From the NCBI GenBank assembly GCA_013265495.1, contig MU058337.1:4568716-4632715 (forward strand): DNA of 64,000 bases. The letters run 5' to 3'. How positions within the stretch are numbered: position 1 is the first letter of the stretch; each line of letters begins with the position of its first letter. Position numbers and translations under genes: made by a program. Shown in pieces: positions 25,321 through 38,100 of this stretch. Below the pieces are notes generated by a model. The model did no database searches. It was not told where the DNA came from and saw nothing but the letters and a program-made list of their open reading frames with translations. The DNA is from Vicugna vicugna (lineage: Eukaryota).

Positions 25321-27199
25321 ACCCATACCTAGGAGACATATTGAATGTGCTTGCTCTCGTTTGAAAACAGTATCCTTCATGGGAGTTTTGCCAGCAGGTA
25401 AAAATAAACGGTCTCTGGTTTAGGATATTTTCCTGAGCTGAGCTGTTATTATTACACTTGCTGATTTTGTTTTCATGTTGTAGTTTTACACATTGGAGAT
25501 CAGTAGCTTTGGTTTAGAATTTTAACTGTTATTCAAGTACTTACATTCCTACAGAAGAAAATAGTAAAGAAAATCAGGATAGTCAGCAAAATGCTCAATT
25601 ATGACCTTTTTTATGACGTGGAAATGTATTTTTCCAAAATGTGCTCATTGATCCATTTTGCCCTCCACTGGTATTTTGGGGTGGGCTTGGCATTTTGTGG
25701 GGAGCAAACATGGGAAAGGCATCACCACTTTTAGCTAGATTCCTAGCCATTTAGAGCGATTCTCTGTCATTTTGTTCCTTGAGCTGTCACTAATCTTGGT
25801 TACTGGGTTGTTGTTATGTCTGAGTTAGCTTAATTAGATAAGGTATAATAACGTTAGGTATTAACATAGTTATAGAATTAGTCGTTGCTGTTGTCTGCAG
25901 GCTTAAAAGTAAGTTCTGAAGTAGACACCATCACGGGAGCCTAGGTGGAATCACTGAGCGTTGAGTTAATCTTGTCCATCTTCCTTTTAATTTTAAAGCT
26001 GGGAAAGCTGAAGTCTAGAATTGTAACTGGTTATCTAGGATTTCATGGCAAATTCAGAGAAGCTTGTGCAAAGTATTTCCAAAATGCTCCCCCACCACCT
26101 TGCCTTTTGAATTTCAAAACCATTCCAATGGCACTGTAATGTAGACTATGCAGGAGGTCCCAGGCTTGGAGCTGGGAGTTATGCTATAGCATGCTGTCCA
26201 GTGATTTTTAAAAATTGTCCCCTGGTAGAAAGGTGCCATGAATAATTAGTCCTCAGTGAACTAAAAGATTGAAGCACTGGCTTTACCAAAGTGGCTATAC
26301 ACTGTTAGGTGATGCCCTAGAAGTATCCAAAAAGCTGATTTTCTAATTAGCAGAGACTTTGACCAGTGAGTGAAGATCTCAAATTATAATTACTTCTGTT
26401 AACAAGTGTGGCTGTTACTTCCCTGACTTCCCTATGATTTGAGACTCCATGTTGAGCGGTGTCAGCTTGGGTGGCCACATAGATCTAGGGATAAGCTAAT
26501 AACAGAGGCAAGGGAGAGAAAACAGCCCCAGAGAAAAATGCAGATAGCCTTGGGAGTCCTTTATAAGCATATCTCTATGCTGATCTCTGCCTGGCACCAG
26601 ACTGGCATTCTTTCTCGACTATTGTTGCTAGGTGGCTTTAATCATTTTGCAATTTCAAATAAAAAAAAAAAGTAATACCATAGCTTTGTGTCAGCTTTCT
26701 GCCTTTTATTCATACTAAGAGAACATGAAAAGTTAGAAAAATGCCCTGTCTTGGAAGCCTTGCAGGAAAGTAGCCCTTTCAATTGTAAAAATATTTCAAA
26801 TAGCAGCTTTGTCAGCCTTCTTGCTTTGAGCTGATAATAGAGACAGGAGGTGGGTTGAGGGGGGTGGGGAAGAACAGCCTTTAATTATACATTAGGAACA
26901 CTTTAAGGGAAGGAGTGCTACATTTCTGTACCCTTTACAGACTACAATAGCGCTAACCGCACAGTCTGCACCTTCAGGTAGTTGCTGAGTGAGTGAGTGA
27001 GCATGTTGCGTGGATGATGGGTGGGTAAGTGGGAATGGATATTCTGCATCTACTTTGTGTCATTTTGAATGACATGGGATCTCTAAAATAAATTTGTCTC
27101 CTCATAATGGAACACTTTGTCTTCCTTTTTTATTTGCATAAATAGAAGAATTACCCTCTCATTCTTCCCTAGTCTCATATGGAAAAAAAAAAAAGCCTT

Positions 27200-27830
27200 C
27201 TTTGTAAAGCTATGCACCTTTTTTCTGGATTCCTTCCCATCCTGCTTCTCTGGGGCCCAACCCCTTGCCCTCTCTAGCTTGCCTAACATCTGCCCCTTCA
27301 AAAGGCCCGACTCTGCTGTACCTCCTCTCCTTGTTGGACACTCAGCTCTTTGAAGGAGTGGTAAGTATTTACTGCTTCCCCTCCCGGTTACTTCTTAATT
27401 CTCTGCAGCTTGGCTCAAACTCTTTGAAGGTGAATATCCTCACATTTAAGATGGAAGCCAAAATACTCCTGGAAAGGTTGGTTTCTAATATTTACTTACT
27501 GTCTGGGCATAATAGATAACTGGTTTCTCTAATTATGATGATATTGGTTGACAATTCTCACAAACAAAAGTCTTCTTTCTCCCCCGATTTGGAGAGCCTT
27601 TCTTTCTGCCTTTATTTTTCGTATATCTGCCTCCAAGGCACAGCTGGAGCAGCACCTCCTCCAAGAAGCTTCTCATGGGTTATTCGACTTTACTCCTGTT
27701 TCTACTTGATGTTTATTTGCTTATTTAGTTTTCTTACGATAATTACACAAGGCAAGTAATAGCACACATTTTACTTAAAATCTCAGCATCTAATTCAGTA
27801 GGTAATTAGTAAATACTTCTCAGTTGACTA
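27200..27830 (+). mobile_element. Degenerate L2
   Basis: ttcttaattctctgcagcttggctc and the terminal atctcagcatctaattcagtaggtaattagtaaatact resemble L2. Confidence 0.45.
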
Positions 27831-27860
27831 AACTGTTACAGATGTATGGGAGCATAATTC

Positions 27861-29075
27861 TTTTTTTTTTTTACATTTTTTTTTGATTCATAATCATTTT
27901 ACAGCGTTGTGTCAAATTCCAGTGTTCAGCACAATTTTTCACTCATTCATGGACATATACACACTCATTGTCACATTTTTTTCTCTGTGATTTATCATAA
28001 CATTTTGTGTATATTTCCCTGTGCTATACAGTGTAATCTTGTTTATCTATTCTACAATTTTGAAATCCCAGTCTATCCCTTCCCACCCTCTACCCCCCCG
28101 CCCCCGGTAACCACAAGTCTGTATTCTCTGTCCATGAGTCTATTTCTGTCCTGTATTTATGCTTTGTTTTTGTTTGTTTTTGTTTTTTAGATTCCACATA
28201 TGAGCGATCTCATATGGTATTTTTCTTTCTCTTTCTGGCTTACTTCACTTAGAATGACATTCTCTANNNNNNNNNNNNNNNNNNNNNNNNNNNNNNNNNN
28301 NNNNNNNNNNNNNNNNNNNNNNNNNNNNNNNNNNNNNNNNNNNNNNNNNNNNNNNNNNNNNNNNNNNNNNNNNNNNNNNNNNNNNNNNNNNNNNNNNNNN
28401 NNNNNNNNNNNNNNNNNNNNNNNNNNNNNNNNNNNNNNNNNNNNNNNNNNNNNNNNNNNNNNNNNNNNNNNNNNNNNNNNNNNNNNNNNNNNNNNNNNNN
28501 NNNNNNNNNNNNNNNNNNNNNNNNNNNNNNNNNNNNNNNNNNNNNNNNNNNNNNNNNNNNNNNNNNNNNNNNNNNNNNNNNNNNNNNNNNNNNNNNNNNN
28601 NNNNNNNNNNNNNNNNNNNNNNNNNNNNNNNNNNNNNNNNNNNNNNNNNNNNNNNNNNNNNNNNNNNNNNNNNNNNNNNNNNNNNNNNNNNNNNNNNNNN
28701 NNNNNNNNNNNNNNNNNNNNNNNNNNNNNNNNNNNNNNNNNNNNNNNNNNNNNNNNNNNNNNNNNNNNNNNNNNNNNNNNNNNNNNNNNNNNNNNNNNNN
28801 NNNNNNNNNNNNNNNNNNNNNNNNNNNNNNNNNNNNNNNNNNNNNNNNNNNNNNNNNNNNNNNNNNNNNNNNNNNNGCTGCTGTCCAGTTTTCCCAACAC
28901 CATTTGCTGAAGAGACTGTCTTTATTCCATTGTATATTCTTGCCTCCTTTGTCGAAGATGAGTTGACCAAAAGTTTGTGGGTTCATTTCTGGGCTCTCTA
29001 TTCTGTTCCATTGGTCTATATGTCTGTTTTGGTACCAATACCATGCTGTCTTGATGACTGTAGCTCTGTAGTATT
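27861..29075 (-). mobile_element. Young lineage-specific LINE-1 (camelid L1-1_Vpa-like), 5'-truncated, with poly(A) tail and perfect TSD; spans an assembly gap
   Basis: Intact ORF2 peptides [64 protein letters not shown] and ENVILSEVSQKEKEKYHMRSLICGI*. Poly(T) from 27861. TSD gcataattctttt at 27852-27864 and 29076-29088. Confidence 0.95.
28267..28876. other. Assembly gap (610 N) inside the young L1
   Basis: Run of N with L1 ORF2 sequence on both sides. Confidence 1.
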
Positions 29076-29465
29076 GCATAATTCTTTTGAGTAAACCTGA
29101 TTGCCATTTTATTAAGGACTCTGAATGCCCACAAAAGTACATTCGTCACGTAATTTAATTGATTACCTCTTCTTGCAGGAACTTTAGCTGTTACGATAAG
29201 AAGCCTCTTTACTACTGTCTTCTTGATCCATATATTGATTTTAAGTTTTATTTGTTGGACACTTCACTGTTTTCCTCTCCATCATAGTTGTGAATTATCA
29301 TTTTAGAATCAGGAAACATGATTGGTAGACAAAAAGACTGACTAGGTAATAGAGTATCTCTCTGATTGTAAACTAAAGATATTTTGGGATGCATAACAAG
29401 AATTCAGGGTGAAAGACTTACATATTTTGTGGACTTTCTAGGAATAATTAACACTATCCTTAGGG

Positions 29466-29473
29466 GTATGCGC

Positions 29474-29515
<42 letters not shown>
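29466..29515. repeat. (CG)3(TG)n microsatellite
   Basis: gtatgcgcgcgtgtgtg... about 50 bp of alternating purine-pyrimidine. Confidence 0.97.
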
Positions 29516-29518
<3 letters not shown>

Positions 29519-30199
29519 GCTCTAGGGCAAGGATGAGAGGACAAAGGATTGCTAATGATCCTAGACGTTAGAGAATCAGCTTTATAACTATCTATTAGTG
29601 TTATGCTTTACTCTTTTAGTTTCTCTCAAAGGAAAATACTTTTTGATGTGAAATACAATTGCTTCCAAATCCAGAACACATGACTCCCCTCTAAGTGATT
29701 TACCAAAAAAGGTAGGGGGGTGGTGGCGGGCAGGGATATTTTGAATATAAAAACAATACAACTGAAAAGAAATTCAGAGCCATGCTTCATTGGACAGAAT
29801 TGCAATCGAACTGAATTTGGTTGAATTTTTGTAAGTCTGCCAAAAATCTGAAGATACTAAATATTGCTTTATTTTATTGTTATTTTTTAAAGTAAACTGA
29901 ATGGATCAAAGTACCTTTGAAAGCCTATTACCCTTTTATCCAAACCCAAGTAGACAGCTTCCTTATTCAGTGTGTCATTAACCTCCACTTTTACCTCCGT
30001 TGCCATCTACAAACGAGTAACAATGAAAAGTGACTTGTGATGGATGCGCAACACCCTTCTTATGGTGTGTTCCTTTGTATTCCTGTTTACTAGGAGTTAC
30101 TTTGTCCACGCTGTCATTTTGGAAATCTCCTTAACCTCTTTGTACGTAGGACCTTCTATCTCCAGGCTCTCATCACTCTTAGCCATGGCGATTCCTTGA

Positions 30200-31520
30200 G
30201 AAAGGGAAAATGTGTGACATTTTGCATGTCTAAAAAATGTCTTTATTTTATCCTCATGCTGGGCTGACAATTTTGCCAGATACAGACTTCCAGATGAAAA
30301 TAATTTTCCCTTAGAATTTTGAAGGCCTCACTCTATTTCTTCTAGTATCCAATGTGAATGTTGAGACTCTGATGCCACTTTTTCCTATTTCTTTGTATTT
30401 GACCTCCTCTCTCTACCCTCTAGAATTTTAAAGCATATGGTGTGGACCTTTATTGATTTTTCTGTAGACATTTTCAAGGACTTTTCAATTTAGAGACATC
30501 AGCCAGTTCTGAGAAATGTTCTTTTTATTATTTATTTGATAATTTCTATATAGACTGTTTGTTTGGTCTTTTCTTAGATTTTAGACCACATGGATTTTCT
30601 AAACTAGCCCTCTTTTGTTGTTGTTTATAAGCCCTTTCTTTGTCATTTTGTTCCTCTTGGGGACATATTTCCTTGCTTTCATCTTCTAATTCCCTTACTG
30701 GATTTAAACACTTTTTATTTTCAAACTTTTACTTTCAAAGAGTTTTTTTTTTATTGTTATTATTCCTTTATATGCCATTTTGGTTTTAATTCATGGATAC
30801 AGTGTCTTTTATCTATGATGCTATCTTTGTCAGTTATTTGAAATTTTCAGTTTTGTTTCTTTCCTTTTTTCCCCTATTTTATTCTCTATTGTCCAGTTGG
30901 AGGCTCTTCTCAAATGTTTGGTAATTCTTTCTCTTCTACTCATGTTCATGCTTAAACACCAATGAAAAGCTTTGTGAGAAGTTGGGTTTGTTCATTCATC
31001 AGCTTCTCTGTGATCAGCCAGATCATTCTTGGTTGGGAACCCACAAAAGTCAGTATGGCTACATTTTTTCTCAGTTTATCTAGAGCAGAATCCTCCAATC
31101 TCCTTTTGAGGAGCATAGACCTGGCTGTTGACATCCTAGAGCAAGGCGAGAGGAAGGGATGGCTGTCTCAGTGTTTTCTCATCCCTCCCCTCCCCTGCCC
31201 CTGACTTTCTTGAGTCTTCGTGTCCTCAGGCTCAGTTTTCTCTATAGAATATTTCTCAGTTTCCTGTGGGAATAAAGGATGAACAATCATATAATAAGTG
31301 CTTTGGAGGTAAGGATGCAGGAAAAGAAATGCTCTTTACAGAGACTTTCAAAATATTCTCTTGCTTTCAAACTTCTTAGTCCAATATACTCTTCCTTTAC
31401 ACTGTACCTGTACTTCCAACCTCTGAACTTTTTGTAGATTCTGAAGGGTAAATTGAAGTGCATCTCACTGCTGTCATCCTTCGGTAGGCACCTATCTTAT
31501 TTCTACTAAAATTTTTGGCT
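30200..31520 (-). mobile_element. HAL1 / very old L1 ORF1-region relic
   Basis: ttgcatgtctaaaaaatgtctttatttt...ttttcccttagaattttgaagg...ctagtatccaatgt..tgttgagactctgatgcca and ttggaggctcttctcaaatgtttggtaattctt match HAL1-type blocks. Confidence 0.75.
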
Positions 31521-33489
31521 GTATCTCATTTCTTGATGGGAATTGGGTTTGCAGTACGTCTGCTGATTTTACTAAATCTTAAAAAAGGCTGACTTTATTG
31601 AGAAGACTTCCGTTATGTATGGAATATATATATAGACAACTCAATTAGCAGTACTTTAGAAAGTCCACAAGGTCTAAAATCTAACCAAAAGAAATTTCAT
31701 CAGGAGGAATCAAACAAAACTGTATATATGGAAATTGTCAAAGAATAATGAAATGAAGGCTACTGTATGGCACTTAGTGTTTCCATGATGATGTTTCTCT
31801 CTCTCTAGTAACTTCCAAGATTGGGCTACATAGAACGTGGAGTCTAATTGAAAATGCTGATCTATATATAAACTGAGAGACCTAAAATGTTAGCCCGTCT
31901 TCATGAATTACTTCTCTTGCGTTGAGATCAGGAAGGCCCCTGAAAGACTGGGATCTGGATGTGTATTGATGGGAAAGTAGGTTTAGGTAGAAGGGTTTGC
32001 AGAGAGAGAAAAAAGGAGATGGTTCTAACACTGTGGCTTCTAGTCACACAGGGTGCTGCCTGGTAGCTTTAGGTGTCAGTGTGGGTTGAAAACAGGTGCC
32101 TTCTTAGGGGTGGGGGCTATCACCAACACCATTGCCAAAATGGCCCTAGATCCCAGAACTTCCCTTGTTATCATAGTGGGTTATTTTGAAAAATCTAGAA
32201 TATCTTTCACAATGATCTCAAAGATAACTAAAAAGCAAACACATTTTAGAGTACAAAAAGCAAAATTCAAAATATCTTAGAAGGCCAGATTATTTCCAGG
32301 AGAGTTTATAACATGTGTGAAACATGAAGCTAGAAGTCTGATCACAAAAACCTTATTCGAGTGCATTCTTTTATCCCAGCCTCATCTTAGTGATTGGCAG
32401 TTTTTGTAATAGATCACGAATCTTTGGGTAACATGGTGATGTTGAGGCAAGAAAGGACATCTTGTTTGGTTTTATTTTACTGAGTAGAGCTACATGACAC
32501 TGCTGTTTCCAAAGAGTGGCCATCATTTGTATGCTTTGCATCAGACAGCCTTTCTGGCTGCAGTAACTTAGGGGCGTCCAAGAGCTGAGTTTGAAGGTGC
32601 ACTAACGCACCATCAGGCAAGTGCTGACTACGTCCTCTGAGACGGGTTTCATTTTGTAGGTTGTGTGCAACGCACATTTCTGTGGATTCAGAGGATCTGC
32701 CTACCTCCATGTCTGTGAGTAGGACTAATACAGGGATGTTCAAATCAACATTTGTTTAGGCAAATCAACTTAAAAATAATTGTGCCAGCCCAAATCCAGC
32801 TGAGTGGGTAGGCTGCTCAAGCTGGGTCTTCTGGTTTACCTCCGGTGCCTCGTTAGCAGGGCTGGAGCATGCCCCTTTTGACATCATCTTTCTGTGTGTG
32901 TTTGGAGAGGCTGGGACCCGAACAGATGGCCTCGATCTGGGCTCCCATGACTACCACGCATGCCAAGCAGGCAGATGAGTGATCTGGCTTGTTCCTTCTC
33001 TTTTAAATTGCTGTCAGCCAGGGAAAAGTGGCGAAAATAAATCAATGGCTCCCTCCTCCAGACCCAGTATGTACCTTTCAGTCATCAAAATAAGAAACAT
33101 CTTGTGGTGGCTGTGGGGTGATTTCTCTGATAGGAAGAACCCTTCACACACTGGAGACTGACATAACAAATGGCCAGGTAGTGCCTGAGAAAGGATACTT
33201 TTTTGTCAGGACCAGATGTTGGCACTGAACGGACCGTGGCAGGTTTGGAGGGATTACTGTTTATTCACTCCCAGACGCTTTGCGTCCTTTGTGACTGGGC
33301 TCAGTATTTTTGGTAATTCGTTTCTAACTGTTTACATCTCCCATCATCAGAACACAGGAAATCACAAACAGAAATCATGCTCAATATCTCTGGCGGTGCC
33401 TTTGTTTTCCTACTGTACTGAAAGCCGAGGGGCCTCTTCTTGTGTAACCTCCGTGTTTTTGACACTTCATTGATTCCAAGGGAAACTGT

Positions 33490-33790
33490 ATGGCAAGAGA
33501 CTCAGTTTAAGACCAATGGCACAAGCTTTAACTCTTGTGTAATCTTCAGTGTTAACAAGCTGACCCTGAGCTAGGCAATTTTTTGGAGTCACATGTCAAA
33601 AAAATTGGTCCTGGATCAGGAGAGTGTGGAATCTTTTTTTTTTTTAACATTTCAAATATCATTGCATGATTAATTGCTAATCATTAATATATTAACAAGT
33701 TGACCTTGAACTAGACTGTTTTCTGGCCCAGTTTCCCTTTATTTGGGATAAAGACCCCCTACCTCGCTTACAAATCTGAGTCATAGTCTC
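33490..33790 (+). mobile_element. MIR interrupted by a ~105-bp insert flanked by 31-bp direct repeats
   Basis: MIR core-like ttaacaagttgaccttgaactag..ctggcccagtttccctttattt..gataa..cctacctc. The first 31 bp of this core occur twice (33552-33582, 33692-33722). Confidence 0.55.
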
Positions 33791-33927
33791 ACAGATGCAA
33801 ACTGATTTTCTAATTGTAAGCCATGGATGTTGATGTGTTTTCGAAGAGTAAACATTTCACATATGCATATATGTGAGAGCTATGCTGGGTTAAGGTAGAT
33901 GGGAAGTTTACCTCTTGGAATGAATCT

Positions 33928-33975
33928 GATATATATATATATATAAAATACACACATATATATGTGTATATATAA
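33928..33975. repeat. (TA)n-rich low-complexity tract
   Basis: atatatatatatat..acacacatatatatgtgtatatata. Confidence 0.9.
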
Positions 33976-36079
33976 GGCTTTTCAATTTTGAAAGCTTCAT
34001 ATGGCCTGTGGGTGGCATGTTGGATACCCCAAGACTTACTTAGTGCAGTATGATAATCTAGTTCCCAGATTTTACATAGCTTCGCACATAGAACTGGTAA
34101 TGTTTCTAGAAATACCATAAATAGAAATATCTTCATAAGACCTTTACATTGTGATCTGCTTTAAGTCGTCTCACTAGTTAGCTAGAAGCATTATGGGACA
34201 GTCAGGTCAGAGATTGTAAGTGGGACTTCTGATCTTATTTCTGATTTGGTTTATAACTGAGCTATTTCTTGAGAAATATCACTTATCATGTCTCTTCACT
34301 GGTGCTTTAAAAAAAATATATATATATGCAAAATAAAGCCGTCTAACTTGCAGGGCTTTTCAGGGTCTTGGGGAGGGGGTTCTTTATAAATGCTAAGACA
34401 TAAATATGTAAAAAATTATTAGTGACTGAAATACTTAAAACTGTCAGGTAGGATGGCAACGTTTCAACCAGTCCTCGAGAGGAGACAGGTCTGCTGTGAG
34501 TTAGTCATCATCTGCGGGTGATGCATTTGAGGACATGATGCACAGCAGTTGAATTTATAAAAAAGATGTTGGTAAGGCTCTTTTTTGAGAAGTCATGGTT
34601 TAAATTCTGGGAAGCCTTAAATTCTGGGAAAATGGAATTTTCCCTCAGCTTTACAAATGTGGCAGAAGGGATCCTCACTATTTTGCACTTTTGGGTTCTC
34701 ATTAATGTTTCACATACACACGGAGTCAGTAAAATCTGTGATAATTAAAAATGCTATCTTGGATTTAAGATGTATTTAAAAATATTAACATATAATGGCA
34801 TCTCATAATAATGACTATTTTACTTCAGTTGTTTCGTTTATGTATTTTCTTTTGGGAAATGGGCAGTCAACTCCTTGTTCATTCGCACCCTTTTGTTCAA
34901 ATGTATGCTTTCTATTTATTGAAATAGAATGTGACCTTTAGACCCCCATGTCCCAGGAAAGCCCTGTGAGTCTTAGCACAAAAAAAAAAAAAACTTTTAA
35001 AAAGGTGTCTTTTTCCTACCCTTACAACTTCTAACCAGCCACCTAACATGCCCTTAGTTGGTGGAACCATTGACTGTGATATGAGTACAAAGATGAGAAA
35101 AACGAGACCTAAGAGGTGAAGTAGCTTATTTGAGGAGGTTTTGGGCAGAGCCGTGACCAGAATTCAGGTCATTTTACTCTTAGTTCAGTGCTTGCAGAAA
35201 TACTTACTGTGCTGGGTGCTGTGCTGGGTGCTATTTCTGTGCCCTTCCTGCTCCATTATGCTGCCTGCCCGCCTCTGCTGGAGGGGAGCGTGCTCTGAGG
35301 AAGTTACTTTGCTTCTGCCTGGGAAGTGCTTTCTTAGTGCCCATTCTCTTCACATAATCTCAGTGGACCTCCCCAGTTTCCTCATTTATGAAATGAGGAC
35401 GCTGTGCTACCAACTTCAGACTTTCTGGATTCTATCATCCTTTGTCAATTATACATGAAAAATGCCGTTGAACCCTGAAAATCCTTCACTGTGCATTTCA
35501 CACAGCTTCTGTCCATCACACGGTGTTTTACGTATTTCTGTTTCACCTTGTCTTAAAGAAGGCATGAGAGAGAATGCTGCAGTGCCCCTTGGGCTAAAAC
35601 ACAAGTTTCAGTTATTTTGAACAGTTGGTTGCATTTTGCTTGAGGTCCTATGTTGTGAACACGCTGGGCTTTGTGTCACCGCAGTGATTTTCTGTGCCTT
35701 TTCGAGGGGTGGGTGCAGACGCCCATGAGCAGCATTGTGAACTGTCGTCCTCAAGGCCTAGCAAAACGTGAGGCAGAAGTTGAGCTAATAAATCCGAACT
35801 GATGATGCGCAACATAATTTCCATTTTGAGCCCAAGGTATTGGGATTAGATCAATAGCCAAGTTAAACTGCTTAAGTTGGAACTATATCTTTTGGGATAT
35901 TAAAACACTAGAAAATGGAACAGTTCAGAATATAAACATTAAAACTGCTTTGTACCTTTTGACCTGAGATAATGTAAAAGTGGTCATTCATTTGTTAGCT
36001 GTTTATTTTCTGTGTTTTAAGGAGTTTGCAGACTGTTTTACATAGAGCATTTTGTTTAATTATTATAATAATTCTGTGG

Positions 36080-36215
36080 CATAGTTTACTATCTGCATTT
36101 TGTAGAAATAGAAACTGAGTCACAGAAAGGTTAAAAGACATGCTGAAACACTCAAGCTGCTATTCAGATTCAGGGATGTCCAATTCCAGAGCCTTACTCT
36201 AGATCACCATGCTCT
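36080..36215 (-). mobile_element. MIR
   Basis: ctgcattttgtagaaatagaaactgagtcacagaaaggttaa...gattcagggatgtccaattccagagcc. Confidence 0.75.
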
Positions 36216-36227
36216 GATTCTCCCAGA

Positions 36228-38100
36228 CCCATTCATTCATTGACCACATTTCTATTGGCCTATTGCTCTTTTGAATGTCAGGGAAACAGTGAATAAAATA
36301 GACAATCCTGATCTCATGAAACTATCATTCTTATAGGCAAGATAGTAAGTGAAGAAATGAGTAAAATGTAATGAGCACTTTGGAGAACAATAAAGCAGAG
36401 AAGGGAATAGGGAATGTGAACAAGAGGCTTGCAGTTTTGAGTGAGGTGTTCAGGGAGGCCTTGCTAAGGAAGTCCCTCTGGAACAAAGGCGTGAGTGAAG
36501 GCATAGTTGAAGAGGGAGTGGGTGGGACTGAAACACACTGGAGAGGGCTCAGGGGAAACTGGGAGGAGAGAGGAATTGGAGAGAGCAAGAGCAAAGACAG
36601 CTCTTTGTAGTCATGTGTCAAAAGTTGGTCCTGGATCAGAAGAGTATGGCATCTTTTTTTTTTTTTTTAAGTTTTGAGATTTCATTGCATGCCTAAGTGC
36701 TAGATACTAATGGTCCAGTAGAGAAGGAAAATTGATTGATGATGCAGGAGAGAGCACTAAGAATTGCTACCTCAGTGTTCCAGAGTAGGTGAGATTGAGG
36801 GGACCCAGTGCAGAAGTGGAGAGCTTGATCTCAGGAGCATAGAAAATAGTTCGTAAAGGTAGGAGGGAAGGCAGAGGACAGCCACACTGTGCTTGCAGGT
36901 GAAGAGATGAACTTGTGGGAGTTGAGTGCCTTCTATTCTGACTGTACCTATTTTCCCCTGGAAAAGCCAGATCAGATCTTGGGCTGAGGATGTGGTTGGG
37001 GGAGGCTGTGTTGGAAATCTGAGGAGGAAACAGTGCAGGCAGAGTGGCTGGAACATACTTCTACAATTTCATTGTCGGCCAGCAGTAAGGGTCCACTTGG
37101 GGTTAGTGGTTATGTGCTCAGAGTGAAAACAGTGGGTGTGATTGTGGGCTCAATTTCTGAGGAGTGAGCATGCTTCCCAAACCAGGTCAGGATGTGCAGA
37201 GTAGGTGGAAAGGGTTTTGCCAGAAGAGTGAAAAAAGGAGATAGTAATTAGGAAATTTAAGCTGGGAAGGTGGGAAGTGAGGATGGGGCAGGGTGAGGAA
37301 CATGGAGAGATGGTGGGACCAATGGATTGTAAGCCCTGGAGGGTCCGAGAGTGAGGGACTGAGGTGGAAAACAGGAACTCTGGGAGCAGGATGCTTGACT
37401 GTGGGGTTACTCTGGGGGGATTAAGCCTTCTTGGCTGTAACCATAGGTCTGAGCAGCTGAGGTGGGGCAGAGGGCAAGATCATTGGAGGGAAGGTGCTAG
37501 GACCTGAAAGATCACCATTAACTGGAAAAGGAAGCCAAGAATTGTTTCAGGATTCTTCTAGAGATTGACGATGAGCTAAAAAGTAAAGCACTACTACGAG
37601 GGAGCGGTCATGGCCAGGGATCAGCAATTACTGTGGAAAAGAGCAAGTTGCTGACGCGTTTTAAGGGAGAGCAACCTGCTCACGGTGAGCACTGCTCACC
37701 AGTGGTGCTGAGGAGCTGTGGGTCTTTCGGGAGGAGGGAGGGAGGGGAAGGAGGATCACCTGGTGAAGAGGAGGAGGAGGAGGACACCAACCTCATTTTG
37801 GCACCATCGCGTCATCCTAGTGGTGCGGAAAAGAAGGCAGCCTTTACTCACAGGGCTGAGAAGAAGCTGAGTCCTCAGAGCAGACCGGGTCCTGGCTTGG
37901 AGCGAGAAGCTAAAGGTGGCAGTCAGAGAGGGACTGGGCAGGGTGGGGTTGTACCGATGATGATGAGCTTTGGCGGACACAGAGAAAGAACTTTTAAGAG
38001 TTGGTGCGCGGTGGACAGAGCCAGAGAAGAGGACGTAAAGAGCTGGACAGGAAGGCAGTCTGCGAGAGTAGGGATGAACCGAAACTCCTGGGCTACTTAA
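36228..38100 (-). mobile_element. Long L2 LINE remnant (3' end plus internal ORF2 region, apparently with an internal deletion near 36600)
   Basis: cattcattcattgacc...cagtgaataaaatagaca..cctgatctcatgaaact at the 3' end. tccagtagagaaggaaaattgattgatgatgcaggagagag and ttctgactgtacctattttccc..gatcagatcttgggctgag are internal L2. Purine-rich throughout. Confidence 0.8.

Noticed and set aside
28187..29142. Long ORFs of 236-292 aa
   Set aside because: They are artefacts of the N gap. The real residues are L1 ORF2p.
33552..33722. CRISPR-like repeat-spacer-repeat or a standard retrotransposon TSD
   Set aside because: This is eukaryotic DNA with only two degenerate repeats. At 31 bp the repeat is long for an L1 TSD, and the T-run is internal rather than terminal.
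37633..38100. 155-aa ORF with a poly-Glu run
   Set aside because: It lies on the purine-rich antisense strand of an L2, has a non-ATG start, and shows no recognisable domain or splice context.
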